Source: Octopus sinensis (Eukaryota). From it: a stretch of DNA of 64,000 nucleotides. The notes below the pieces were generated by a model. It was given only the letters and a program-made list of their open reading frames with translations. It was not told the origin of the DNA and made no database searches. The position numbers were made by a program, and so were the translations under genes. Numbering within the stretch: the stretch's first letter is position 1; each line of letters begins with the position of its first letter. The stretch spans positions 58,466,001 to 58,530,000 of the forward strand of contig NC_043002.1 in the NCBI RefSeq assembly GCF_006345805.1. Direction: 5' to 3'. Shown one piece after another: positions 37,661 to 48,980 of the stretch.

Positions 37661-38120
37661 TTGTTTGCCAACATAACAGTCCTGGTTTAGGACTAATGTG
37701 GCTGTAATTTAGCCCCAGGAGACATCGTCTCCAGCTGGCTGTACGACACGATCTGTGTCCTTATATTTTCGAACAAGGGAATCTAGCATCCCCACCCAGA
37801 TCAAAACAATATCTGTGTATCACGATTTCTGGGTTATTTCCCTTCGTCAACACAGAAAAATTGTTTGGCTAGAGGTGGCGCTGCCAAATTCCCGTTTGAA
37901 ATATATAGTTTTCAAAGTGACAACTAGTCACTGATTTATAAATTAGAAAATTACCATTTATAAATCTCACAACATGAGATATTCAGCAACAGTACTTTAT
38001 AATAAAGATTGTCTGCCAACACACACCATGTCATATAACCAGCTGGAGATAATGTCTCCTGAGGCTAAATTACAGCAACATTAGTCCTAAACCAGGCTGC
38101 CATATTAAGTTGGCAAACAA
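37661..38120. mobile_element. Older member of the same HHR-bearing family with about 85-bp inverted ends
   Basis: Shares tttagccccaggagaca..ctccagctggc...acac...ctgtgtcct with the 47.5-kb unit; ttgtttgccaac at the start and gttggcaaacaa at the end. Confidence 0.65.
37813..37855 (-). ncRNA. Degenerate minimal type I hammerhead motif
   Basis: CUGUG-UUGACGA-A-GGG(AAAUAA)CCC-A-GAAA-U(CGUG)A-UA-CACAG; C3U change; same position in the repeat as the 48172 motif. Confidence 0.6.
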
Positions 38121-38419
38121 TCGTTACTACAACCAATAATATGTTGTGCATCTATAGTAATATTACAATCATGAAATTAGCACTAGCTTATCTCCCTCTT
38201 TCTCATGGACCCCCTAGGAACCTTTTGCGGAACTCTAGGGTTCCAGGGTACCCCGGTTGAGAAACACTGGGCTACACATACATACAAATATATGTGCAGT
38301 TTCATGGTCCACCCCTGAGTTCCAGGATCTAACGTAGGGAAGGTTTTAGTTGAGGTGTTTACATAAAGAGCTTGGATGAAAGGCAAAATTCACCTCGGTG
38401 AAATTTGAACTCTGAATGT

Positions 38420-38455
<36 letters not shown>

Positions 38456-38872
38456 GCATGGTTGTATGGCTAGAAGGCTTGCTCTGCAACCATATGGTTT
38501 CAGGATCAGTCCCACTTCATTCCACCTTGGGAAAGCATCTTTCTAGTATTGCTTCAGTCTGACCAATTCCTTGTGAGTGGACAAAGCAGAAACTAAAGAA
38601 CCCTATTGTGGTGTGTATGTTTCTGATTTGTTCGCTGGTTCTTAAGCAATAGCTCTTTGATTGTGGCATTTGCAACCAGCCTACCATGAATGGGTGTGTG
38701 GTAAGAAGCTTGCTTCTCAACTACATGGTTCTGGGTTCAATGCCACTGAGAATACCTTGAGCAAGTATCTTGTCCTATAGCCTCAGTCCTGCCAAAGCCT
38801 TGTGGGTGGATTTGGTAGATAAAAACTGAAAGAAGGCTGGTGTGTGTGTGTGTGCACACGCGCATGTGTATA

Positions 38873-39257
38873 TCTATATATAAAGCTGTATTTGTCTGTG
38901 TATGGCAGGTTTGGTAACCTTCAACTAACACTATCTCCTCTGAAACCCTGCAGCGCAAGTTGACCAAAATTGAGAGTATGATAGAAGAAGGCTTGCTCTT
39001 CCTCCCGTAGAAGAAGAAATTCAAATCGGACCATGTTAACACCAAAAATTATTTACATCAAAATGACGTTTTATTTCTATGAAAATCCCTATTTTTTACA
39101 ATTTTTTGACTGCTGTGTCACCATTTTTCGGTATATTTCAACCAGAAAAATGTTCACTTAAAGAGAATAACAAGCTACATAATGCAAAATTTTTACTTTT
39201 AAAAAATTCCAATTCTAAAGGGTTGAAACAAACCCGAGCAACGCCGGGTGATACTGC

Positions 39258-39260
<3 letters not shown>
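38873..39260 (+). mobile_element. Probable non-autonomous Helitron, 388 bp
   Basis: 5' A|TCTATATATAAAG; 3' hairpin ACCCGAGCAACGCCGGGT (39232-39249); ends CTAT|T, a variant of CTAG. Confidence 0.5.
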
Positions 39261-39297
<37 letters not shown>

Positions 39298-39457
39298 AAT
39301 AATATATAACATATATATATATATATGATGTGAAATCCTTAAAAAATATACCACGACGTCTATACATTTCCAACCTTGAACTCTCAACCTTGAACTTGTT
39401 CGCATAAACTGTCCCGTTCGTTTTATTTTTCTCCTTTCTGTGTTTTTTCTCTGTGTA

Positions 39458-39496
39458 TCTTTCTGTTGAAGAGCGTAGGCTCGAAACGTTAAACAC
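39458..39496 (+). ncRNA. Hammerhead-like motif in a PLE-like repeat
   Basis: UCUUU-CUGUUGA-A-GAGC(GUAG)GCUC-GAAACGUU-AAACAC; A6U change, partial stem I, stem III reduced to the palindrome AACGUU. Confidence 0.45.
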
Positions 39497-41439
39497 TTGT
39501 TTTATTTATATTTCCTGAGCGCCATACTAATACAATTGTTTGTTTGTATTCCACCTGCCTTCGTCTTTTGTTTATTTCCGTAAACCTGCCTTCGTCTTTT
39601 GTCTATTTTCATAAAGCTTCCCGTTATATACAGGCATATATGAGTACAGGACATTACCAACAGTGCAAATAACATGAAATATGTAAATATATGAGTTAAA
39701 TACATAAACAACAAGAAAAAAATGGAAAATCAGACAAGTAAACACTGAGAAAGGACCCTTCATCAACCATCTGCAGTCGGTTGTTTATCTACTCCTCATT
39801 TCGAGCATTCATATATTATGTGTGTGTGTGTGTGTGTGTGTCCGTGTCTATCTGCCTCCCACCACTGCTTTACAGCCAGTGTTGGTGCATTTACAACCCC
39901 CATAACTTAGTGGTTCAGCAAAAGGAACCAACAGAATAAGGTGTAGGAGAAAAAAAATAAGTGTTGGAATTCATTTGTTTAACTAAAATTCTTCAAGATG
40001 GTACCCAAGCCTGGCCATAGTCTAATGACTGAAACAAGCAAAAAATAAAAGATATTTTTTAAACTAAAGAATCCTTAAACAATGTTGTGCATTTCCAATT
40101 CTCTATATAAAACATGTCTGGGCAACTGGCTGTTCTGTAAACTGGGAGATTATTATCTCACCAGGAAACAAGAGGAGGTTGGTGACAGGAACAGTATCCA
40201 GTCATAAAGAGACTGTTTCAATGTATACTCATCTGACCCATACTGGCATGAAAAAGTATATGTTAAAATGGTACAGATGATAGTTGCAGCCACATGTTTA
40301 CACAGCTAGAAAGGACATTCTATCCCAGATATAAACAGGACACCAATTAAAATTATGAAATAAACTATAGATTTAGTGACATTCTTCCAGTAAGATGATG
40401 AATATTGAAAACTAATATCCAAATAGAATTTTTAAAAAATAATCAAACACCATATCATCATTGTTTAACATCCGCTTTCCATGCTGGCATGGGTTGGACA
40501 GTTTGACTGAGGACTGATGATCCAGAAGGCATCCAGCTGGATGCCCTTCCTAACACCAACCACTCAGAGTGTAGTGGGTGCTTTTACGTGCCAATGACAC
40601 AAGGGCCAGTCAAGTGATTCTGGCAATGACCATACTCAAAAGGTGTTTTTCATGCGCTACCTGCACAGGAGCCAATCCGGTGGCACTGGTAATGACCACG
40701 CTTGAGAGCTGTTTTTCACATGCCACCCGAACATGTACTGGTAATGCAACGCTGGCAATGATCATGCCTGAATGGTGCTTTTTACATGCCGCTGGCACAG
40801 GAGCCAATCAGCAGCCCTGGTGGTTATTAATTCAAACTTTTGATATCAGTTGACCTGCTGTTAAATTGGTTGTATTTAGCCAAAATATTCCACTGTTTTT
40901 GTTCAGATCTGCATCGTCTGGCCTATCACACCTAGCCTACAATGTCATTCTAAAAATAAAGAATCAAAATATCAAGGCTATGAGATAATGTGTGGATAAT
41001 TCAAAACAAAGTGAATAAATAAGCATTACATTTGACAGAGTAATCTGAATGCCAAAGGATTAAATTCAAACCTAAAAAAAAAATCAATAATTTTGATGTC
41101 AGAAACTTTCAAACTTAATACACTGATTAGCCCTATTAATACCAACTCACCCATGACCACCCCCACTGGTTCTATGATACAAACTTTCCATTTCAAAGTG
41201 ATCTCAATTAAAACCTTCCTTCAAAATTTCTTGTTAATTTATATTCAAAGCAGCAGCTTAATGACAAAGTTATTTTCATAAATTCTTCATTATTTTCACG
41301 ATTAAATGAACAAAAGTAATGTTTCAGCAGAAATATGGTAGCAAAAGGGTCACTAAATTCCTCGTTAAAATTAATTGAAACAAAAGCAATGTATTTGAAC
41401 ACAATATGGTAATGAAATCAGAAAGTTGAACGTCAGGCC

Positions 41440-42015
41440 TGATGGAGGCAAAGTGGATGAGTTCTTTTCGAGGGTTGGGCCTCATGGAAGTAAGATGGCT
41501 GAGTTCCTTTCAAGTGTTGGGTCTCATGGGGGCAAAGTGGCCAAGCTCCTGGGTTATGTGGAGGCAAAGTGGCCAAGTTCCTTTTGAGTGTTGGGCCTCA
41601 CCAAGGCGAGGTGGCTGAGTTCCTTTTGAACGGGCCTCACAGAGGTGAGGTAGCTAAGTTCCTTTTGAGTGTTGGGGCTCATGGAGGCAAAGTGGCTGAG
41701 CTCCTTTTTAGTGTTGGGCCTCACAGAAGCAATGACCAAGGCCTTTGGCATCATATTGTGCTTGAGAAGACCCATCTAGCCGAACAAAATTGCAGTCGTG
41801 GCTGATACTGGTATCACGCAAATGGCACTCATGCCAGTGGTACGTAAAAGCACCCATTACACTCTCAGAGTGGTTGGCATTAGGAAGAGTATCCAGTCAC
41901 AGAAAGCCATGCCAAATCAGACTGGACCCTGGTGCAGCCTTCCAGCATGCCAGCCCCGGTCAAACTGTCCAACTCATGCCAGCATGGATAACAGATGTTA
42001 AATGATGATGATGAT
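41440..42015 (+). mobile_element. Retroposon family D with (ATG)n tail and internal VNTRs; other copies at about 2910-3225, 6655-7115, 9985-10460, 11355-11570, 23280-23580, 28870-29325, 40455-40820, 46625-47045, 51380-51630, 55430-55860, 58310-58625
   Basis: Constant 3' part (aaaagcacccactacactc...ggaagggcatccagctgtagaa...ccagcatggaaaacggacgttaaatgatgatg) with variable 5' tandem units. Confidence 0.75.
41445..41735. repeat. 42-bp VNTR, about 7 copies; about 4 inverse copies at 46880-47040
   Basis: Unit agttccttttgagtgttgggcctcatggaggcaaagtggctg; 14-aa periodic ORFs. Confidence 0.85.
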
Positions 42016-42189
42016 TTTCCTGAGACTATTGAGGTTATTTATCTTTTAAATTAACCCAAACAAAAGTCAACAACATTTTGTATTTTCCATGGATAGGTTG
42101 GACAATTTGAAGGATCCGGTGAACTGCAGGACTACATTGAGCTCCAGCATACAAATTTTGCCAAAATCTTAGCAATACCTGCCCAGAGG

Positions 42190-42550
42190 CCTACGCAATG
42201 TTTTCAAAACACTTTCATCGTTCTTGACACTATCAGAGAGATCTTGTGCAACTGAAACCAGAGCGTCTTTTTGGTCAGCTGGAAGCAGTTTTGGTACAAA
42301 CTTGGCAGACATGCATCTCATACCCAAATCTTCAGTGATAATGGACTGAACTGAACTGTAACTAATCTGCACATCCTCTGATAACTCACGGATGGTGATT
42401 TGATGATTTCCCTTCACAGCTGCATGCACATTTGCAATGTTTTTCTCAGTTCTGCTGGTTGCAGGTCTCCCAGAACATTCATCAATATCAACATTTTTTC
42501 AGCCATCTTGGAAAACATCTGAACCACTCGCACACTTGTGTATGGCTCAT
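42190..42550 (-). pseudogene. Mariner transposase N-terminal HTH remnant, frameshifted
   Basis: MSHTQVCEWFRCF/QDG*KNVDIDECSGRPATSRTEKNIANVHAAVKGNHQITIRELSEDVQISYSSVQSIITEDLGMRCMSAKFVPKLL; a WVP-like KFVPKLL motif is present. Confidence 0.85.
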
Positions 42551-43074
42551 ACACTTTCTGCAACTTGGCATAGGCCCCTGTGCAGGTATTGCCATGACAA
42601 CTTTGTTATGGTCAATACAACCACACCTTCCTTCCAAGCACTGCTGTAAACAGGAGAAGTGAGCTAGAATGCTAAAACTCAGAGCGGATGCACAGCAGAG
42701 TTGAAGGCCAATCTGTGGCAAGTGGTTTCACTCTGCATGCTTTAGCTTCGTTACTATGACAACAGTCCAAATACTTAATGACCAGACCTAGTATATCATT
42801 AAGAAAGATGTCCAGCCTCAGAAACCTGCCAAAGTACATACTGGAACACAATGCACTCCTCGAACCTGTCAAGCCACCTAGCTCATGCCAGCATGAAACT
42901 GGGAAATTAAAATTATGACAATTATATATAGTAGAAATTAATATTATTAAATGACTAAGCCATGCCAAATCAGACTGGATTTCAACCAGCCAAATCAGAC
43001 TGGATTTCAATTTCAACCAGTGGTCAGTATACTTAAAAATGTCCAAGGGCCGTGCATTCTATTTAAATATAAAC

Positions 43075-43341
43075 AATATGAGAGACCACTATGTGGATCC
43101 CTTATATGCTAAAAATAGATGTCAAACCATCTTACCACTAAATCTGTGCTCACAACTTGGTAAGACATTAGATGTTAACGAGCTAGACAAACGAAAAGAA
43201 ATGTGCTATGTTTATTTCTTTTCATTTGTCTAGCTCGTAAAAGTCTAGCGTCTTACTAAATGGAGGACACATATTTAGTGGTAAGACGGTTTGACATCTA
43301 TTTCTAGCATACAAGGGATCCACACAGTGATCTCTCATATT
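43075..43341. repeat. 267-bp imperfect palindrome (fold-back MITE-like)
   Basis: Arms 43075-43202 and 43214-43341, about 85% complementary by eye; 11-nt loop. Confidence 0.8.
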
Positions 43342-44059
43342 TTGTGTGTGTGTGTGTGTGCACATGAGAAACTAGGATTAACACAACTATATATCATTAT
43401 AAATTATAATAATATATGCAGTAATATAAATTTATGCCTACATTTTGTAATTCTGCCTCCATTTTGCTCTATTAACTAGTAATATTACTAAACATAGTAG
43501 TTGCTTAACCACTTCACTAGCAGCAGACAGGATGATGATAATCTAAATTAAGCTCTACACCAGATACAATATCAACATCATCATCCTTTAACTTCCATCT
43601 CCTATGCTGGTATGAGTTGGACAGTTTGACCAGAGCTGCACCAGGCTCCTACTGTCTTCATTTGGCATCGGGACAGCATTTTTTCAGGCAGAGGATGTGG
43701 CTTTAATACTTCAGTTGTGGAGGACGGGGGCATCTTGAGTACAGCAAGGCACCAGGAACCTCACTCCTTTGCCACCTCATTGGAAATGTTCATCATTCTG
43801 CTGTCATCCTTCAGTATTTCATCCTATCCTCCTCAAGTTCCATCCACTTGTAATGTATATGTGTGTGTGTGTGTGTATACATGCACAAAACAGATCTTAA
43901 AAACCATCTATGGTTTATATATACATCCACCTAAACAAATCAAATAAGACAAGCTTGGCAGTGTGGTAAGAAGCTTGCCTGGTTCAGTCCAACTGCATGG
44001 CACCTTGGGCAAGAAGTGCCTTCTACTAAAGACTCAGACCACCAAAGACTGTAAGAAGC

Positions 44060-44117
<58 letters not shown>

Positions 44118-44121
44118 GACA

Positions 44122-44170
44122 CAGAGTAGAACCTCCATTTTTGAACACCTCTGAATACAAATAAATAGTG

Positions 44171-44218
<48 letters not shown>

Positions 44219-44265
44219 CACTATTTATTCGTGGTCAGAGGTGTTCGAAAACTGATGTACTACTG
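44122..44265. mobile_element. pogo/Tc1-like mini-element: about 50-bp inverted arms around (TA)n
   Basis: gtagaacctccatttttgaacacctctgaatacaaataaatagtgcttta vs the reverse complement of the right arm, gtagtacatcagttttcgaacacctctgaccacgaataaatagtgcttta. Confidence 0.6.
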
Positions 44266-44279
44266 AATATGTATATATT

Positions 44280-44490
44280 TGTGTGGGTGTGACAGTGTTT
44301 GTCCCTACCACCATTGCTTGACAACAGATGTTGGTGTGTTTACATCCTGTAAATTAGCGGTTCGGCAAAAGAGATTGAAGGAACAAGTACTAGGCTTACA
44401 AAGTATAAGTCCTGGGTTCGATTTGTTCGACTAAAAGTAGTGCTCCAGGATGGCCGCAGTCAAATGACAGAAACAAGTAAGGGAAATAAA
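44280..44490 (+). mobile_element. Repeat family B (gtgtttacatcc...gtactaggcttacaaag...gctccagcatggccgcagtc), often joined to family A through a microsatellite; e.g. about 3530-3700, 9780-9950, 12590-12730, 16740-16950, 28490-28680, 30430-30640, 37470-37650, 45880-46020, 50340-50530
   Basis: Many dispersed similar copies. Confidence 0.75.
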
Positions 44491-44869
44491 AATTATATAT
44501 GTAATGAATGCTTGCTGCTTTGTACTTCTACTCTGGGAAAGTCTATATAAACAGTCGAGGCTATGTCCTGTCAACACGTGACCATGGTCATTTCCAATAT
44601 TGTACAGATATTAAGTACTGACTTAAGTGTTCCGTCCCTAGAAACTCTTATGATACAGGAAAAGACAAAGTGAAATACACACACGAAGCAGGAAAAGACC
44701 AACTGCACACACACACAAAAATTTGTTTCTGATCCACTCAAACCCATCCAAAAATAACTGAATAAACAAAAAATGACAAAGCCATCGAGTTTATGAAACA
44801 ATACAAGGTTATTCAAAGTGAAAATATTTCCCACGAGACAATGATGTGTATTGTGTGTGTGTGTGTATG

Positions 44870-45248
44870 TATATGAATGCGTATGAGTGCATACACACTT
44901 GTCTGTGTGTGTGTCTATATATTTATATATATATATATATATATCTGTAGATACACACAAATATATAAATTGCTATTGATATATATATATATACACACAT
45001 ACATACATATTATATATATACAAATACACACACACAGAGACAGACAGATTAGTTATTTATATACATATATATATATATATATACATACACACATACATAC
45101 ATACACATATATACATATAAATACACACACACATCTATATGTATCTATCAATATATCTACATCTATATATATCTATATATATATACACACATACATACAT
45201 ATATACAAATACACACAGAGAGACAGACAGACAGATTATTTATTTATT

Positions 45249-45289
<41 letters not shown>

Positions 45290-45421
45290 TATATACATAT
45301 ATATATACATATATATATACATACATATATATATACATATATATATACATATACACACCCACATATATATATACATATAAATGCACACACACATCTATAA
45401 GTATCTATCAATATATCTACA

Positions 45422-45459
<38 letters not shown>

Positions 45460-45460
45460 C
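44870..45460. repeat. Compound (TA)n/(CA)n/(TACA)n low-complexity tract
   Basis: Direct reading. Confidence 0.9.
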
Positions 45461-45855
45461 ATTGCCCATACGACCTGAACATTAGTTTCAAGGTTCATCC
45501 AAGAATGGGACCACAGGCCATGCATTCCCTGCTCAATTCAGGATCACAACATATAGGTACTCTGCGACACATTTTCTTTTCCTCAACAGGCCGTGCCCTG
45601 TTTAACATTGTCCCAAAACTGATCAAAGAAGAAAAGGATCCCATCACCTTTAAACAGAGTCTGGACAAATTTCTTCAAGGAATACCAGATAAGCCACCTT
45701 TACCTGGATACAACTCACTCAACAAAAACTCATTACTTGAATGGACCAGGACACCGCAGTACTTAACTTAAAAAGGGTTGAGATAATCCTATCAGGTGGT
45801 GCTATTAAGTTAGACATGGCCTGGACCAATCTTTGGTCGAAACATATCTAAGTTT
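45459..45855 (+). pseudogene. CR1/L2-like LINE 3' end remnant
   Basis: [52 protein letters not shown] followed by a short 3' UTR. Confidence 0.7.
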
Positions 45856-46099
45856 TATATATATATATATATATATATTCTTTGCTTTTCTTTGTTTCAG
45901 TCATCCGATTGTGGCCATGCTGGAGCATTGCCTTTAGTCGAACAAATTGACCCTAGGAATTATTCTTTGTAAGCCTAGTACTTATTCCCTCGGTCTATTT
46001 TGCTGAACTGTTAAGGTACAGGGAAACAAGTAAAAGGTAAAAGATATATATATACACACACACAAACACACTGATACACATACATACATATAAACCTAA

Positions 46100-46130
<31 letters not shown>

Positions 46131-47638
46131 TGTTTGCATGGACAGATAGACAGATAGATGGGTGTGTGCACCCTATAAGCCTTTGCAGTACCTCGCCACT
46201 CCTCCATAGTTAATTGTTAGGTCAATTTTCTGCTACAACACAAGCTGAACTGGCAACTGTCATCTTGCTGAAAGTTTGCTGTCATCACAGTTATGAATGA
46301 CCCCACTAAAATATTTTAGCCCCCCATTTACAAAGTATTCCGCAAGTGAAATAAATATGAGTGCAGTAAGTAGAATAGAATAACAAAACACAAAGTAAAG
46401 AAAGAAAATGTTAGGTGTTGATGGTGATGTTTATTCTCATTGAGAATATAGATATAATGGCAGTTATGCTATTATAATCACCCTATGTAAGGGAACTATA
46501 ACCCTATAAATGTAGTTATTTCAGAAATCCATTGCTTTCAATAAACCCCCAAAGCAAAAGGGGTTAGAATTAAGATCTTAAGAAAATTATACAATTACAC
46601 AGTTGATTATTTTGAAAGGGAATATTTATCATCATCATTTAATATCTGTTGTCCATGCTGGCACAAGTTGGACGGTTTGACCAGGGCTGGCAAGCTGGAA
46701 GGCTGCCCCAGACTCCAGTCTGATTTGGCATGGATGCCCTTCCTAATGCCGGCCACTCCAAGATTGTAATGGGTGCTTTTACATGCCACCGGAGCAGGTG
46801 CCATTTGCACGACACCGGTATCTGCCATGACTGCAAATTTACTTGGCTTGATGGGCCTTCTTCTCAAGCCAAAAGTCTTAGTCATTGCCTTCAGCAGGCC
46901 CAACACTCAAAAGGAGCTCAGCCACTTTGCCTCCGTCGGGCCCAACATTCGAAAGGAGCTCAGCCACTTTGCCTTTGTCAGACCCAACTCTCAAAAGGAG
47001 CTCAGACATTTTGCCTCTGTTGGGCCCAACACAATAGACTTCTTTTAGCTTCTGTCTATCCCACAGCCATGCCATACATATTTTACAAGTCTAAGTAATC
47101 CATGCCAGGCCAGTAGGGTGGGGGAGGATGGTCACAATAAAACTCGTACTGAATTTGTCAGTTAATTGCTTTGAAGTAGTTTTATACAGCCTAAAGTAGA
47201 ACAAACACAACCCACATATCTTTCATAATACTTAAGTCATATTACTTCATAGATTATTGAAATGTATATGCATATATTACTATAAGTCATTAGACTGCAA
47301 CTATGCCTCAAAAGAAGTTTTCGGTGAAGGATTCGACCCTGGTGCTTTTTTGTTTTGAATGCCTGGTACTTATTCTCTTGGTTTGTTTTGCCAGACTGCT
47401 CTATTGTGGGGACATAAACATACTAACACCAGGGAAAACACAAAGACACAAAGTTAAATATATATACATATATATATATATATAGTGACGTATATTTGCC
47501 ATCTCAATATGGCTACCCCTAAGGGTGGATGCTACTGTAGTTTTTAGCCCCAGGAGACACACTCCTCCAGCTGGCCATAGACACACTTTCTGTGTCCTGT
47601 CAGTATTTGCAAAGGGAAGTCATCTTCAACTTATGATA

Positions 47639-47683
47639 CACACGGACTCGAGTTTCGAGGTATTGACCTCTCGTCAGCGTGTG
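47639..47683 (-). ncRNA. Minimal type I hammerhead ribozyme, identical inverted copy; same strand as lgl; cleavage between 47645 and 47644
   Basis: Exact reverse complement of 48172..48216. Confidence 0.92.
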
Positions 47684-48171
47684 ACAATCATAGTTGTCGG
47701 CGAGAATTAGATTTCCTTCACAAATACTTATACTTTTTCCAGCATCCACTGTCGCTGATATTGAAAAAGTGAAATCAAACAATGATAAATATCAAAGTGA
47801 GTTATATACAGTAGCGGTAACACATCGTGACGTATATTTGCCATCTCAATATGGCTACCCCTAGGGTGGATGCTACTGTAGTTTTTAGCCCCAGGAGGAC
47901 ACACTCCTCCAGCTGGCCATAGACACACTTTCTATGGCCAGCTGGAGGAGTGTGTCCTCCTGGGGCTAAAAACTACAGTAGCATCCACCCTTAGGGGTAG
48001 CCATATTGAGATGGCAAATATACGTCACGATGTGTTACCGCTACTGTATATAACTCACTTTGATATTTATCATTGTTTGATTTCACTTTTTCAATATCAG
48101 CGACAGTGGACGCTGGAAAAAGTATAAGTATTTGTGAAGGAAATCTAATTCTCGCCGACAACTATGATTGT

Positions 48172-48216
48172 CACACGCTGACGAGAGGTCAATACCTCGA
48201 AACTCGAGTCCGTGTG
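48172..48216 (+). ncRNA. Minimal type I hammerhead ribozyme; predicted cleavage GUC after 48210
   Basis: CACACG-CUGACGA-GAGG(UCAAUA)CCUC-GAAA-C(UCGA)G-UC-CGUGUG: 6-bp stem I, intact core, 4-bp stem II, short stem III within the palindrome ACUCGAGU. Confidence 0.92.
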
Positions 48217-48827
48217 TATCATAAGTTGAAGACGGGAAGGATGACTTCCCTTTGCAAATACTGACAGGACACAGAAAGTGTGTCTATGGCCAGCTGGAGG
48301 AGTGTGTCCTCCTGGGGCTAAAAACTACAGTAGCATCCACCCTTAGGGGTAGCCATATTGAGATGGCAAATATACGTCACGATGTGTTACCGCTACTGTA
48401 TATAACTCACTTTGATATTTATCATTGTTATATATATATATATATATATAATATATATATATAAAATACAAAAATGGGACAAGAATGCAAAACATCCTGA
48501 CAGATGATACAAAGAAAACAAGGACGGTTCATTTGGAGTTTTCTATTCTCAGTCAAGTTCCAGATTATCTTTGCAATTTCAGCTGGTTATACTCGAGACT
48601 GCTCCAATCTGGTCAGCCCCAAGGAAAAACTAAGCTAAGAGCATTAGATTTCTTGGAAGAAAGTAGCTAAAGTATATGAAAACAAGGATGGGGAAAAATG
48701 AAGAAATGTTACACAAATACAAATGCAAATAACAGAACATAACAACAGGTGTCTTTCAACTAAGGACGAATTAAATTAAGCTGGCGTGTGTGGAAGCTTA
48801 TATATATATATATATATATATTGGTGC

Positions 48828-48980
48828 AGGCATGGCTGTGTGGTAAGAAGCTTGCTTCCTGACCACATGGTGCCAGGTTCAGTCCCACTGGCACCTTGGG
48901 CAATTGTCTTCTCGAATAGCCTTGGGCCGACCAAAGCCTTGTGAGTGGATTTGGTAAACTGAAACTAAAAGAAGTCTGTG
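48828..48980 (+). mobile_element. SINE family A (gtggtaagaagcttgcttccc...gaaactgaaagaag); more than 15 copies, e.g. about 465-612, 2750-2880, 5190-5340, 7590-7760, 10480-10640, 12400-12560, 12740-12900, 30720-30880, 38690-38840, 50690-50850
   Basis: Recurrent body of about 150 bp with B-box-like GGTTCAGTCCC and (TG)n/(TA)n tails. Confidence 0.8.

Larger units (their letters stand above)
47485..48429. mobile_element. About 945-bp fold-back of an HHR-bearing 352-bp unit (about 1.3 units per arm), flanked by (TA)n
   Basis: Left arm 47485-47922, 9-nt loop 47923-47931, right arm from 47932. Period is 352 bp on the right and 342 bp on the left, where a 9-nt and a 1-nt deletion are present. Confidence 0.88.

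Noticed and set aside
44877-45460. YI/HT-rich ORFs
   Set aside because: Microsatellite translation; only the part after 45459 is LINE-like.
48585-48625. Minus-strand CTGACCA plus hairpin
   Set aside because: G8 is missing, no GAAA follows and stem I is not found.
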